Source: Macrostomum hystrix (Eukaryota; Animalia; Platyhelminthes). From it: a stretch of 64,000 nt of DNA. The stretch covers positions 7,874,001 to 7,938,000 of the forward strand of contig CATNEN010000038.1 of NCBI GenBank assembly GCA_950097015.1, given 5' to 3'. The position numbers were made by a program, and so were the translations under genes. This document shows, piece after piece, positions 50,820 through 62,508 of the stretch (position 1 is its first letter; each line of letters begins with the position of its first letter). The notes beneath the pieces are model-generated. The model saw only the letters and a list, made by a program, of their open reading frames with translations. It made no database searches and was not told the DNA's origin.

Positions 50820-52532
50820 TCAGCGCGGATTCGGTCTAGTTTTCCGAGTTGAGCATGCGGCTCGAGTCGCAATGTCGTACAGCAGCTCTACAAGCTCGAG
50901 TACAGTGAGCAGTGAGCAGCCCAAGTAAAGGCCGATTGCGCTGCCAATGTCCGCGATGAACTGCGACAGGCGATAGTCCAGGCTGAAGGTTGTCAGTGGG
51001 CTCTTGGTTGCCTCGGCTCGCAGGGTCACGCTAAGCCCAGCCCTTTGAAAGTAGCTCCAGATGCCGTCTTCGAAGGCGACGACTTCATAGTCGGACTTCA
51101 GAAGGTCGAGCGTCCTCAGGCCAGTCCTCAGCGATCTGAAGTCGTCCTGATTTACGCCCTGCAACAGCGAGCCGACAATGTTGTTCACAACACGCACCAG
51201 ACTTCCCTGGTTTGGCCACAGACCATGCGATGACCTCACTGAGTAGGTTCTGCGCCTGCAGAGTCGCTTCGCAGAGCACAACTTGTCCCAAGTGTTGCTG
51301 GAGTTCTCGCTCTGCTGTCGAGCTCTGACGGCTGCCATCATGTTCCGGTGAACTGCATCCATGGAATCAGCGGCTGTGAGGTTCAGGCAGAGCGCCAGCC
51401 GTCTAAACTCCCACGGTGTCGGCTCCGGTGTGGTGCTGCAGTTGTACCTGAGAAGCCTATCCCGGGCGATCTCCGAATAGTAGCAGTGCGCCTCGCTATA
51501 GCTGAAGGCATCGGCAGATCCGCTGTACGGATTGAAGAACAGAACAGGGCCGTCTGGCTGGTCAACGCACTGATTGGGGAAGTCTGATGAGGTCAGCTGC
51601 GAGTCCTGCATGGCGACGGTCAAGTCGTAGGCTCTGCCGGGGGCCAGGCTGATCACACTGGAGGTCAGTCGCGAGGGATATTGGCCTCGGGGCACCAGGT
51701 AGACGTACATGCCGCTGCCCCTGTCGAATGCCATGGGATTGCCCAGGTCCCAGTCGAATGGGTAAAGGTAGGTCAAACGGCCTGAGAAGGAGACAGGCAA
51801 GACAGGTATTCTGCTATCAGGCGGGGAAAATAGACCCATTTGTTCAAACAAATAAAAGTACGGATCCAGGAGCAAGTTAAACTGCAGCCGGCTATTGGTG
51901 TTGCTCATTTTGGACAACTCTGAGCTGGTCAGTGCCAGCTTGAAGCACTTAAGATGATTCGGGTGGTACATAGTCTCAATGGCGATGGGCGAGTTCAGGG
52001 CGCGCTCCGTGCCCGCGCTAAAGATACCGTAGTTGCCATAGAAGGTCTGCAGCCTCCGCTGGCCCATGATGTCTGCCAGAATCCTGTACGACAGCGACTG
52101 GATCGAGCTCAGCGGCCGAAGGTCGCGCAGTGATGCAGCATCGCTAGTGGAAGCGTTCAGCGCTCCGAGGGCTGCATCGAATGCGGCTTGAGCCGCGGCC
52201 AGCGGAATTTTCACCTGGTCGGCCTCGGACTTGTTCAAACTGTACACAAACGAGCCGGCCGTCTGCAGACTATTGCAAAAGTACACGTCGGGAAATTCAA
52301 ATGGAACTTTTTCAGCTTGGAATTCAGACTTCACGCCCGGACTGTACAGCCTGGTGATGAAGGCGGCGCTGGTGTTGAGCAGGAGGCCAAGGAAGCTGAG
52401 AAACACCAGCAGCCAAAACATCCTCAGCCCGGGGCTGCGATCTGGCGCTGCCACACGGCCGATGGCGTGCGCAGTGGACTCGGCCACTGAATCGCGCACA
52501 ATCACAGATAGGGACTGTCGGTGGGCTCTCAT
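50820..52532 (-). CDS. DEG/ENaC/ASIC superfamily ion channel subunit, single coding exon, 570 aa
   Basis: Uninterrupted ORF. Pre-TM1 STAHAIG, TM1 FWLLVFLSFLGLLL, post-TM1 FPDVYFCN, Cys-containing ectodomain, TM2 FIADIGSAIGLYLGCSLLTVLELVE. Confidence 0.88.
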   Translation of the reverse strand: MRAHRQSLSVIVRDSVAESTAHAIGRVAAPDRSPGLRMFWLLVFLSFLGLLLNTSAAFITRLYSPGVKSEFQAEKVPFEFPDVYFCNSLQTAGSFVYSLNKSEADQVKIPLAAAQAAFDAALGALNASTSDAASLRDLRPLSSIQSLSYRILADIMGQRRLQTFYGNYGIFSAGTERALNSPIAIETMYHPNHLKCFKLALTSSELSKMSNTNSRLQFNLLLDPYFYLFEQMGLFSPPDSRIPVLPVSFSGRLTYLYPFDWDLGNPMAFDRGSGMYVYLVPRGQYPSRLTSSVISLAPGRAYDLTVAMQDSQLTSSDFPNQCVDQPDGPVLFFNPYSGSADAFSYSEAHCYYSEIARDRLLRYNCSTTPEPTPWEFRRLALCLNLTAADSMDAVHRNMMAAVRARQQSENSSNTWDKLCSAKRLCRRRTYSVRSSHGLWPNQGSLVRVVNNIVGSLLQGVNQDDFRSLRTGLRTLDLLKSDYEVVAFEDGIWSYFQRAGLSVTLRAEATKSPLTTFSLDYRLSQFIADIGSAIGLYLGCSLLTVLELVELLYDIATRAACSTRKTRPNPR

Positions 52533-53772
52533 GCTCCGATCGGAGGTGCAGCTGATGCAGAACTTGAATCGCTACTGCTTCTATTGTATCAACTCCCTTG
52601 CTCCAGCTGCTGGTATCCAAGGCGACCCCGTACTGTGTCGAACTAATCTGCTATGTTGTGTTGGGCTCTTAATAGACTGGTGAATTGAGTCGCTACTCCA
52701 GTATGACATACACACGCCACCAATTGTGTTGGCTGTGTGGAAGCACTAATTAGATTGTTCATGCAGTTAGAGTATTTTTTATAATGCTCAGAAAGTATGC
52801 TCAGGAAAACATTTTGTGTCTGTAATTCTGTACAGTTTCCTCGAGAGCTTTCGCTGCGGGTGCTGCAATGCTGCAAATTTTCAATGCATTGTGGCATACA
52901 AGAGTGCATATTATCGGATATTGGATTATCGAACGCTACCTGTCAATTTCTGTCACTATTAAACCCAGCTGAAAAAAATACATGCACGCAATGTGTAGGT
53001 CCCAGTGCTAGAGTGAACTGGTTCCGCATATGTTAGTGCACAAAATGTATGATATGGGCCATAACGTTTACTATTATAGGTATGCATCAGTATATAAGTT
53101 GTAATTTAAAATTTGCGGCGTCACAACCAGTAGTACAGTTATGTAGTTAAAACCTTTTTACATTGTTCTATTTTTTATATTCGTAGTTTTATCAAATGAA
53201 ATAGACTCATTATATTAGTGCAATTTTGACCGTGTTTATATTTTAAAGTTTGCTTTTAAATACAGTAACTTTTACGGAGTTCCTCAACGCTTTTACTTTT
53301 ACTTAAAAATATCACTGCAAAAGAGAGACTACTTATTAATTTAAGTACAAATTAATTAATAAATATTTAGTCCCTGATCGCTAAATCGCACACAGACATA
53401 TCGTTATTTATTTTTGTTGTTGTATTGTTTTTGTTTCACTATTGATATGAGTAACTGAAGCAATGCAGTTTAAAGAACAACCGTCGCGATGTAGTCAAGT
53501 TTTATTTCGTGCAAAAATAGACATTTCACAAGTTTTACTAAAAATTTGGAGCAAATTATTATGTCGCAATCGAGATCTAAGCGTTTTTATGTGCTGACGG
53601 AATAAAGTATTCTGACGGAGTTTTGCTACCTTTACCTTTCTATTCGTTACAACAAAAATGTTTTGTCTTTTACGCCCCAATCCTTAATAGTTTTGAAAAA
53701 ATGCATTGTATTAAAAATAAACTTTTCCGCATCATTTTCTTTACAAACTTTGTCGTTTCTGCTAGTGTGCAA

Positions 53773-53786
53773 GTTGCTATGGCCAG
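53773..53786. promoter_or_regulatory. Imperfect RFX X-box (GTTGCTATGGccag) upstream of RPGR
   Basis: Strong half-site 180 bp upstream of the RPGR ATG; second half degenerate. Confidence 0.45.
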
Positions 53787-53952
53787 CAGATGTTTCAATC
53801 ATTCAATTTCTAATCTGCCGCTTATTAATAATTGAGATTTGAGAATACTTGTATAATAGCAGTAGTTTACTTTGATAAATGTTAGGTCCTGAGTTCTGAG
53901 AACTATATTTTTATATTGAATTTAAAATTTTAGAACTCTAGATTACTTTTCC

Positions 53953-56900
53953 ATGGATTCAGGCGACATTAACTTTGATATCCCTGGTAAGAAAATGTGA
54001 TCTTAAACCATATTGACTTACCAATGCTTTTGGCTGTATCTAAACAAACTGTATTTGAGAACTACGAATATCCTTATTAACAAACTATCATACATTTTTA
54101 TTCATCTAAGAAATACAAGGGCCATCACCAGTGTACTTGACCTACAGAAACGAAACACTGAGTAACAAATTGGAAATGTATTATAAAGCGGCTCGCTATA
54201 CAACAAAATGTTGTGACAAACTCAAAGTGCGGTGCAGAATATAGCCAATAAAAACTTTTTTTTAATTAAAAAATAGCTTACAACCAGGTAAAATTTGTTG
54301 TATAGTGCCATAAATTCAAAACCGAAGAAAAAATCGCACTTTAAGGACACACAAAGACACAAGCTGGACCACAAGATAAAAGTCTAAATATATTCCTTAC
54401 TGTATATATCTTCATAACATATACTAACATGCGCTTTAAAGCTAATTAGTCAGCAAATAGCCAGTTTTTGTTGAAATCGGCTATGTTGAACATTTTTGTT
54501 AATAAATAAAGGAGAAATACCTTTTAAAATTGAAAGTCAAAATTTATAAGGCTCAAAACCTTTAAAATTATTTCTTGTAATTCTTCTTACTTCTTAAATA
54601 TTTGCCTTATTATATCCGAGAATCAGAATTAAAAATTTCGCTTTTATTCACATCTGACAGAAGGTTTAAAAAGCAGTCATGAGGTTTTAGCTTCGATTTT
54701 TAGTTTTATTTCTACCAGTGTAAATCCAATAGAAACAGTACAGTACATTGTTTGACATTTTAAAGGCTCTTATTTTGAAACCAAATGCAAAAAAGTTCAA
54801 CTTCTGTTAACTTCTGTTCCCACAGACTCAGGCGCAGTATTTGCATTCGGTAAAAACGTGCCCAACCGATTCTACGTGAAGAATGACAAAATTGTATCCA
54901 TGGACTGCGGCGAGGGTCACGCCGTGCTGGCCACCGCCTCTGGCCGAGTCTTCGGCTTCGGCCTGAACGACTACGGCCAGCTGGGGGTTGGCGGCAAGGC
55001 CACCCAGGCGAAGCCGGCCTGCGTCAAGCAGCTGAAGGATGACGGCGTGAAAGCTGTGAAAGTTGCCTGCGGTCCGACGCACACTCTGGTGCTGGCCGAC
55101 GATGGCGTTATCTACGGCTTTGGTAACAATTCGGACGGCCAGATCACTGGCGACGAGGCGGACTTTGCGCGACCCGTTGAAGTGGAGCAGCTGGACAGCG
55201 TGGAGGTGCGCGAGCTGGCGGCTGGCCGCGCATTCAGCCTGGCCGTGTCCAGGAAAGGTGAGGCCACCCGGCTAAGTGAGGGGTCGGAGGTTCGAATACA
55301 AAAAATAATACTGGCAAGAAGGGCTGTGGACTACGGCACAACACACACAGCTATGTACATCTGCCCTATGTACATCTGCCCTATGTACATCTGCCCTATG
55401 TACATCTGCCCTATGTACATCTGCCCTGAATTTCTCATCGTCAGGCAGTGTACACTCTCACTGTGGCTTGGAGGTTGGTCATCAAGGCTGTAAATTGCAC
55501 GACAAGCCCCCAAGCCTTCTCTCCGCGTCAGAAAAGGCGTTGCTTTGGACTCTGAGAAATATCGCCCTCTACTACAGGCGAGCTGCTTGCTTGGGGTGGC
55601 AACGCCGAGGGCTGCCTGGGCCAGGAGGACCCCGACCTGCCTGGCAGTCCGGACCCGATGCCCATCCACCTGCCTGGCCGCGTGGCCTCTGTATCGGCCG
55701 GCAGCTACCACTGCGCCTGTATTCTGACAGATGGCCGTCTGTTCGCCTGGGGCGAGACCGAGCGCGGCAAGCTGGGAATTCGCAACGCTGAGGACAGCGA
55801 GTTTCTGTACAGCCCGCAGCTGGTGCCTGTGCCGGGGTCTGAGCGAGTGCAGATGGTGAGCCCGCTTTCCAGTTATGTCACAATGAGTAATATTAATTAC
55901 CACAAACTGTTACACAATTGGTTTCGAACCCTCGACCTTCACGTCCTGAGTCCGACTCTCAAACCACTGGGCTACGTAGCCCCTAGGCTACATTGAACAA
56001 GAATACTATTTAAATGCTAGAGTCTTGCAAAGTGGTATGCACGAGCCATTATAGCTGAGGGCATCACCCACACACACCCACCGTGACCCCCCTCGTAACG
56101 ATCGGCGCTAATTGCTTATACATGCCCATACCTATCTGAGTAAGTAAACAATGTAAAGACTTCCAGGATTGGGCCAGTGCCTTGGCTCCATCGGGTGAAG
56201 ATTCTGAGTGCTTCGCCTTCCCAACCCTAACCCTAACCCTAACCCTAACCCTAACCCCCTAACCCTATCCCTAACCCTGAATCGGACTAAATCGAATTGG
56301 CCATCGCAGGTGTCCTGCGGCCTGCAGCACACCCTGGTGCTGACTGAGAGCGGCCGGGTGCTCGTCTGCGGCTCCGGAGAGGCTGGCCAGCTCGGCCTGG
56401 GCAGCGGCTGCACCTACGCGCCCACCTTGAAACCGATTCCGGGCCTGGAGAAGGTCAAAGTTGCCAGTGAGTTGGGCGGGTAAAAACATTCTGGAATCGA
56501 ACTTGGGACCCTCAGAGCTAGCCACACAGCCGCCCCGAATCACAATGATCCGCAGGCGTGGCTGCAGGCGAGCGGCACTCCATGTGCGTCTGCAGCCGCA
56601 CCGGCCAGCTGTACGCCTTCGGCGATCCGCAGCACGGCAAGCTGGGCTTCAAGCCCGCAGCTCCTGGCGGCAGCGGCGGCCGTTACTCATCATCTTCGGC
56701 CTCCTCCGGCGGCTGCCTGTTCGAGCCGACGCTCGTAACGACGCTGCGGCCGGTCAGCGCTCAGCAGGTGGTCTGCGGCACCCTCCTCACCGCGGTGCTG
56801 GCTGTTCCCGCCAAGGACGCCGGCAACGGTGTCGGCAGCAGTGGCCGGAACTCCTCGCTGGCCAGGCCTGGCTCTAGCAGCGACAACGAAGCCGACGACA

Positions 56901-58559
56901 AGCTGCCGGCTCTGCGCGGCCGCGCCTCCTCTTTGGGCCGCAGCGGCAGCTTCCAGGACCTAAACAATAACGGTGGCGCGTCGACTTCGCTGGCTGACAG
57001 GCGAAATCCGGGCGGCCGCGGCCGGCTGGCGCCGCTGTCGTTGAACGGCACGTCGGCGACTAGGGACATCGGTGGCAGGCAGCAGCCGCAGTCGCTAGAC
57101 AGGAGCGGCCGATTTTCACCGCTCGCTCTGCGCGGGTCATCCAGTCCGAGTAAGGCTTGCAGCTTTTTTATTTAAATTGCGCCTGTTCACTGTCAAATTA
57201 CTCTACTGTTAGTAGCGTGCAAATTGTAATTGCAAAAATTGTAATATTTGTGTTCGCGATGTTTTTAGCCAACTTTTTTACCTGTCAAATTACAGGATAT
57301 GGCTCCGACACCGATGCATTGAAGCCAACTAAGGTACGAGATATTTATTTATTTAACTGATAGGCTGCATATCTGTCTACCAATAGTAGGCTAAATTTCT
57401 AAAAGCGCCTAAAACTGATGAAAATTTCAACAGAAACTGGAGCCGATCGGCCGGCGGGACGCGGACGGACTCGGCGGCTCCAGTAGGAGATCAAGGAATT
57501 CAACTGCCACCAAGGTGAGGAAGCGAGGTGCTCTGCAATGAACTTCTGCATACAGCTGCTCAGCTTACCACTTTTCCAAACGGCCCTAACATATTCATTT
57601 TTTCGATAACGATTTCAGTTTGACAGCCTGCTTAACGGACCTTCTGACTCGTTTGACTCGCAAAGTGACAACGAGAAGGACAAGAAACTCAAGGGTTCCG
57701 CGCATCAGAGGGTAAGGCAGCACCTGACATGCCACTCACCTGACAAATCACTCACCTGACAAATCACTCACCTGACAAGTCACTCACCTGACATGCCGCT
57801 CACCTGACAAGTCACTCACCTGACATGCCGCTCACCTGAAATGCCACTCACCTGACATGCCACATACCTGACATGCCACTCACCTGACATGCCAACCACC
57901 TGACAAGTCACTCACCCCTGACAAGTCACTCACCCCTGACAAATCACTCACCTGACAAGTCACTCACATGACATGCCACTCACCTGACATGCCACTCACC
58001 TGACATGCCACTCACCTGACATGCCACTCACCTGACCAATCGGTCTCCCCACCCGCAGCGAGGCGGCAAGCTCTCTGGTCGGTCCGGCCTGGACCGAGAC
58101 GACTCGCCACCGCTGTCAGCTCGCGGTGGCCTCGGCAGCCGCGGCCGCCGTACACCCGGCCAGAAGCCGCCGCTGAAACCGCTGGGCGGCCGATCGGACG
58201 AGGACAGCGGGGATGACGATTTCGGGCGCAAGAGCGGCCGCGGCGGCGTCGGTCGCCGGGACGGCGGGAAACTCAAAGACGCCGCGGACAGCAAGCGGCG
58301 GCCGGCTCGAGGCCGTCTTCAGTCGACGAAATCCGAGGACGACGACGAAAATGACAGCGACGATGCGAGAAACTCTCTGTCTGGACGGCGACGACGGCTG
58401 TCGTCAAGCGGCGGCACCGGCGATGACGGGGAGCATCGTGACACCGACAAGGCCGCCAATGGCGACGGTGGCGTGGCGAAGGGCGTTGGCTGCGGGCGCG
58501 GACGTCGCCGAGGAAGCGGCGCCGAGGAGGGTAAATCCAGGTCCTGCCAGATTCTCTGA
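53953..58559 (+). CDS. RPGR: Retinitis pigmentosa GTPase regulator orthologue (RCC1-like domain, low-complexity tail, CaaX; about 735 aa)
   Basis: Exons 53953-53986, 54826-55257, 55578-55855, 56310-56466, 56556-57149, 57296-57333, 57434-57514, 57619-57711, 58059-58559 with consistent phases. N-terminus IPDSGAVFAFGK...FYVKND matches RPGR; RCC1 repeats (CGEGH, CGPTH, AGSYH, CGLQH, AGERH); ends KSRSCQIL*. Confidence 0.9.
55351..55427. repeat. 15-bp repeat (ctatgtacatctgcc)x5
   Basis: RPGR intron 2. Confidence 0.9.
55920..55975 (-). mobile_element. tRNA-like SINE head in an RPGR intron
   Basis: Minus strand gtagcccagtggtttgagagtcggactc...gagggttcgaaacc; resembles the head at 6540-6588. Confidence 0.5.
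56221..56279. repeat. Interstitial telomere-type repeat (CCCTAA)n
   Basis: About 9 units, partly degenerate, in RPGR intron 3. Confidence 0.9.
57720..58036. repeat. 17-bp minisatellite (cactcacctgacatgc/aagt)n
   Basis: About 18 copies filling the last RPGR intron. Confidence 0.95.
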
Positions 58560-59509
58560 CAGCTTTATATTTAACCGGCTAAGCTGCCGACTGCGCGGTT
58601 GTCTGTGGCTCAGCGGTTCAGAGTGATCCGGTCGGCTGGCTGGGCCGTGGTTCGAGTCCCAGTCACGCGTAGCAAGTTTTTTCAGGACAAAAATTTTAGC
58701 ACTTTTCAGTCACGTACCTAATCAATTGTGCCTACTTATAGTAGTAGAACTTGTGTTCGTTCCGCGCAAAGCACTCGAGAGCTTTGAGAGTCAGCTACTA
58801 ATGCTTTGGATTCCGTTCTACTTGCCAGCGACGCCATACTTTCTAGGCAAACTGGATGCAATATATTTCTACAGTTTTCTATGCATATTCTCTCTACTTT
58901 CTAGTAGTAGTAGTCTATTTAGCGAATTGCAGCCGCTGTGTACACGCTTAACGCTTAGTTTTGCTCGATATACATTTTACACTGATGATGAAGTTGCAAT
59001 TGTCGTTATTTTTGTCACCTGTCAGTTTTTTACCCAAGCCAACTACCTTCAGAGCAATGAGCTGGTTTCACAATTCTTTTAAAAAAAGACTATATTCGAT
59101 TTTTGCATACCTTCTCAGCAAAATGCTACTTCCTTTGATTTCTAAACTGCCTTTCGTGAGCCACTGCTGCAATTGAAGCCTACTTCTAGTAGTAGCTAGT
59201 GCAGCCCACGATATATTTATGACCAGACCATTGTGCAATACTGTGTAATTTCCTTGTCTAGTCTACTTGCATATTTTATCTAAATTATTTTTCTACAAAA
59301 ATGCCTGAAAATCGCCTTCTCGAAGTGGGATATCTGAACGGTGTTTAAAGTAGAAACAGCCTTAATTCAATATAACTGTGTTGTCCTTTGATTTGAGGTT
59401 TTACTTCCGGACAAGCGCTACAACTCAGTGGCCGTTTTCTCCTGCAAAATCGGACCCGTTCCTGTCTCTGATTGTTTGTCAGTTGATCGACAGGGGAGGG
59501 AAGGGTAAT

Positions 59510-60942
59510 GGACTACGGGGAAGAGGAACTGACTGGGAGGGGTAGAGGAACTGACTGAGAGGGGTAGAGGAACTGACTGAGAGGGGTAGAGGAACTGACT
59601 GGGAGGGGTAGAGGAATTGACTGGGAGGGGTAGAGGAATTGACTGGGAGGGGTAAAGGAACTGACTGAGAGGGGTAGAGGAATTGACTGGGAGGGGTAGA
59701 GGAACTGACTGGGAAGGGTAGAGGAACTGACTGGGAGGGGTAGAGGAATTGACTGGGAGGGGTAGAGGAACTGACTGGGAGGGGTAGAGGAACTGACTGA
59801 GAGGGGTAGAGGAATTGACTGGGAGGGGTAGAGGAACTGACTGGGAGGGGTAGAGGAACTGACTGGGAGGGGTAGAGGAAATGACTGGGAGGGGTAGAGG
59901 AATTGACTGGGAGGGGTAGAGGAACTGACTTGGAGGGGTAGAGGAACTGACTGAGAGGGGTAGAGGAACTGACTGGGAGGGGTAGAGGAACTGACTGGGA
60001 GGGGTAGAGGAATTGACTGGGAGGGGTAGAGGAACTGACTGGGAGGGGTAGAGGAACTGACTGGGAGGGGTAGAGGAACTGACTGGGAGGGGTAGAGGAA
60101 TTGACTGGGAGGGGTAGAGGAACTGACTGGGAGGGGTAGAGGAACTGACTTGGAGGGGTAGAGGAACTGACTGAGAGGGGTAGAGGAACTGACTGGGAGG
60201 GGTAGAGGAACTGACTGGGAGGGGTAGAGGAATTGACTGGGAGGGGTAGAGGAACTGACTGGGAGGGGTAGAGGAACTGACTGGGAGGGAGGAGAGGAAT
60301 TAACTAGGAGGGGTAGAGGAATTGACTGGGAGGGGTAGAGGAATTGACTGGGAGGGGTAGAGGAACTGACTGGGAGGGGTAGAGGAACTGACTGGGAGGG
60401 AGGAGAGGAATTAACTAGGAGGGGTAGAGGAATTGACTGGGAGGGGTAGAGGAACTGACTGGGAGGGGTAGAGGAACTGACTGAGAGGGGTAGAGGAATT
60501 GACTGGGAGGGGTAGAGGAACTGACTGGGAGGGGTAGAGGAACTGACTGGGAGGGAGGAGAGGAATTAACTAGGAGGGGTAGAGGAATTGACTGGGAGGG
60601 GTAGAGGAATTGACTGGGAGGGAGGAGAAATTAACTGGGAGGGAGGAGAGGAATCGACAGGGAGGGAGGAGAGGAATTAACTGGGAGGGAGGAGAGGAGT
60701 TGACTGGGAGGGAGGAGAGGAACTGACTGGGAGGGAGGAGAAATTAACTGGGAGGGAGGAGAGGAATCGACAGGGAGGGAGGAGAGGAATTAACTCGGAG
60801 GGAGGAGAGGAGTTGACTGGGAGGGATGAGAGGAACTGACTGGGAGGGAGGAGAAATTAACTGGGAGGGAGGAGAGGAATCGACAGGGAGGGAGGAGAGG
60901 AATTAACTGGGAGGAAGGAGAGGAATTGACTGGGAGTGGGAG
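59510..60942. repeat. 22-bp purine-rich minisatellite (gggaggggtagaggaaytgact)n
   Basis: About 64 copies, grading into a gggagggaggagagg variant. Confidence 0.97.
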
Positions 60943-61298
60943 ATGACTAACGTTCTCAAATCTGTCTCATTATTTCGCGGGACATCATATCATGAGACCG
61001 TGGTGGTATATGATTCAAACAAAAAACAAAAAACAAAAAATTAAATGGATTTTTCAACTTCAGTAACGATCCGTTTGATTTTCTCATCGTTTCTTACATG
61101 TACTAAAACACCTGAGCTGTTTAGCAACCAAACAGTCGCTTAGTTGCCTTAGTAAACCAGAAAGCTTTGGTGCTCAGTGAAGCTTGAGCAAATTAGCCAT
61201 GCCGAGCTGAGCTTGAGCACAATAAAAAAAGCGGAGGGCGAGGGGGAGATGGACAGCCGCGGAGCTTTGGGTTGGCGTCTCACCCGGTGGATCGCTGT

Positions 61299-61312
61299 GT
61301 TGCCATGGAAAC
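61299..61312. promoter_or_regulatory. RFX X-box (GTTGCCATGGAAAC)
   Basis: Exact consensus match, about 1 kb upstream of the PLAC8-like promoter; extra tagcaac half-sites near 61122 and 61923. Confidence 0.55.
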
Positions 61313-61541
61313 TGTAAACAAATACAAAAGAGGGGAGAAGCAGAGAGAGAGGCAGCTTGGCTTCACAAATATTGATCTGTTCTTGCATGGCTGCCCGACT
61401 GTCAGCTGCACAGCTCAGCTCAGTCTGTGAGCACGGAGCTGACTTTCCCTGGCAATCACCAGTTAGTTTGCCACCCTCTATTGGTGCTCTCACTCACCTT
61501 TAGCCAACTCTGCCTAACTGCTGCCTGACTGCCTCTGCAGT

Positions 61542-61792
61542 CATGCACACCTGTGTCAACTATAATGTACACCTGTGTCAACTACCTGTGTCTACTATCA
61601 TGTACATCCGGTGTCTACTATCATGTACATCCGGTGTCTACTATCATGTTCACCTGTGTCTACTATCATGTACACCTGTGTCTACAATCATGTTCACCTG
61701 TGTCTACTATCATGTACACCTGTGTCTACAATCATGTTCACCTGTGTCGACTTTTCTTGTCTTGTACAGAGTGTGTCTACTTTCTTGTACAC
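61542..61792. repeat. 22-bp repeat (ctatcatgtwcacctgtgtcta)n
   Basis: About 10 copies. Confidence 0.9.
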
Positions 61793-62096
61793 CCTTTACC
61801 TGATATTACAATCAAGCAGACGTTTCAAATGCCGTTTTAAATGAGCACCAAATGTTCTCACATCGAAGCCAAGCCATTGCCAACGGGATGCTGTGTGGCG
61901 GGAGCTGGCAATCTTCGGCCCCTAGCAACCGATAGAGTACGAATCCTCGGAGCTTTGAAAAAGGAAATTTTTGGGGATTCGAGAACCTGTACTTCCCTGT
62001 ACTTCCCTGTACTTCCCAGCTGAGGAATCCGCATGGAGAGCTCGGGGAGGGAAGGCATTTGAGTTGGGACGAAAACGAGCAGACTTGGGAGGATTT

Positions 62097-62330
62097 GGGC
62101 GGGGCTGTGGACATGAGATGAGGGGAAAAATCGATAAACAACGGGTCCACACAGCAGCGGTGAGCTGGGAGCAGCTCAGGTGCCGACAAGTCACCTGAGC
62201 CAATGGGATCAAAAGCGCGCACAGCAGCTGTGCGGACTATAAAATGAGACGCTTTTGCGTGTTACATGGTTGAGTTATTTTTGAGCAGTGCTCCTACTTA
62301 GAAAACCAGCAAACAACCAAGTTTGGTAAG
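62097..62330 (+). promoter_or_regulatory. Core promoter and non-coding first exon of the PLAC8-like gene
   Basis: GC box gggcgggg 62097, CCAAT 62200, TATAAAA 62238-44, donor gtaagt 62326, acceptor 62501. Confidence 0.55.
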
Positions 62331-62508
62331 TCAGTCAAACGGTTCCTAGAAAGTGCAGATTTCTTAGAAAAGTGTTCCACTTCCTAGTTCTAGCTTTTTT
62401 ATTCAAGAAATTCTGTTCGCTCTCACTGTGCCATGGGGGATGCGCAGCAAGCTCCCAAGCCTTCTCAAATTAATTTAGCCTCGCCGCGGATTCGAACTCA
62501 GGTACTAG

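Noticed and set aside
55920-55975. Possible tRNA genes here, at 6540-6588 and at 58597-58682
   Set aside because: A and B boxes only; acceptor and anticodon stems do not close, so treated as SINE heads or remnants.
56221-56279. Chromosome end
   Set aside because: Only about 9 units, embedded in an intron with genes on both sides.
59510-60942. Purine-rich array as an RPGR ORF15-like exon
   Set aside because: Lies after the CaaX stop; the 22-bp unit contains TAG and TGA that cycle through all frames.
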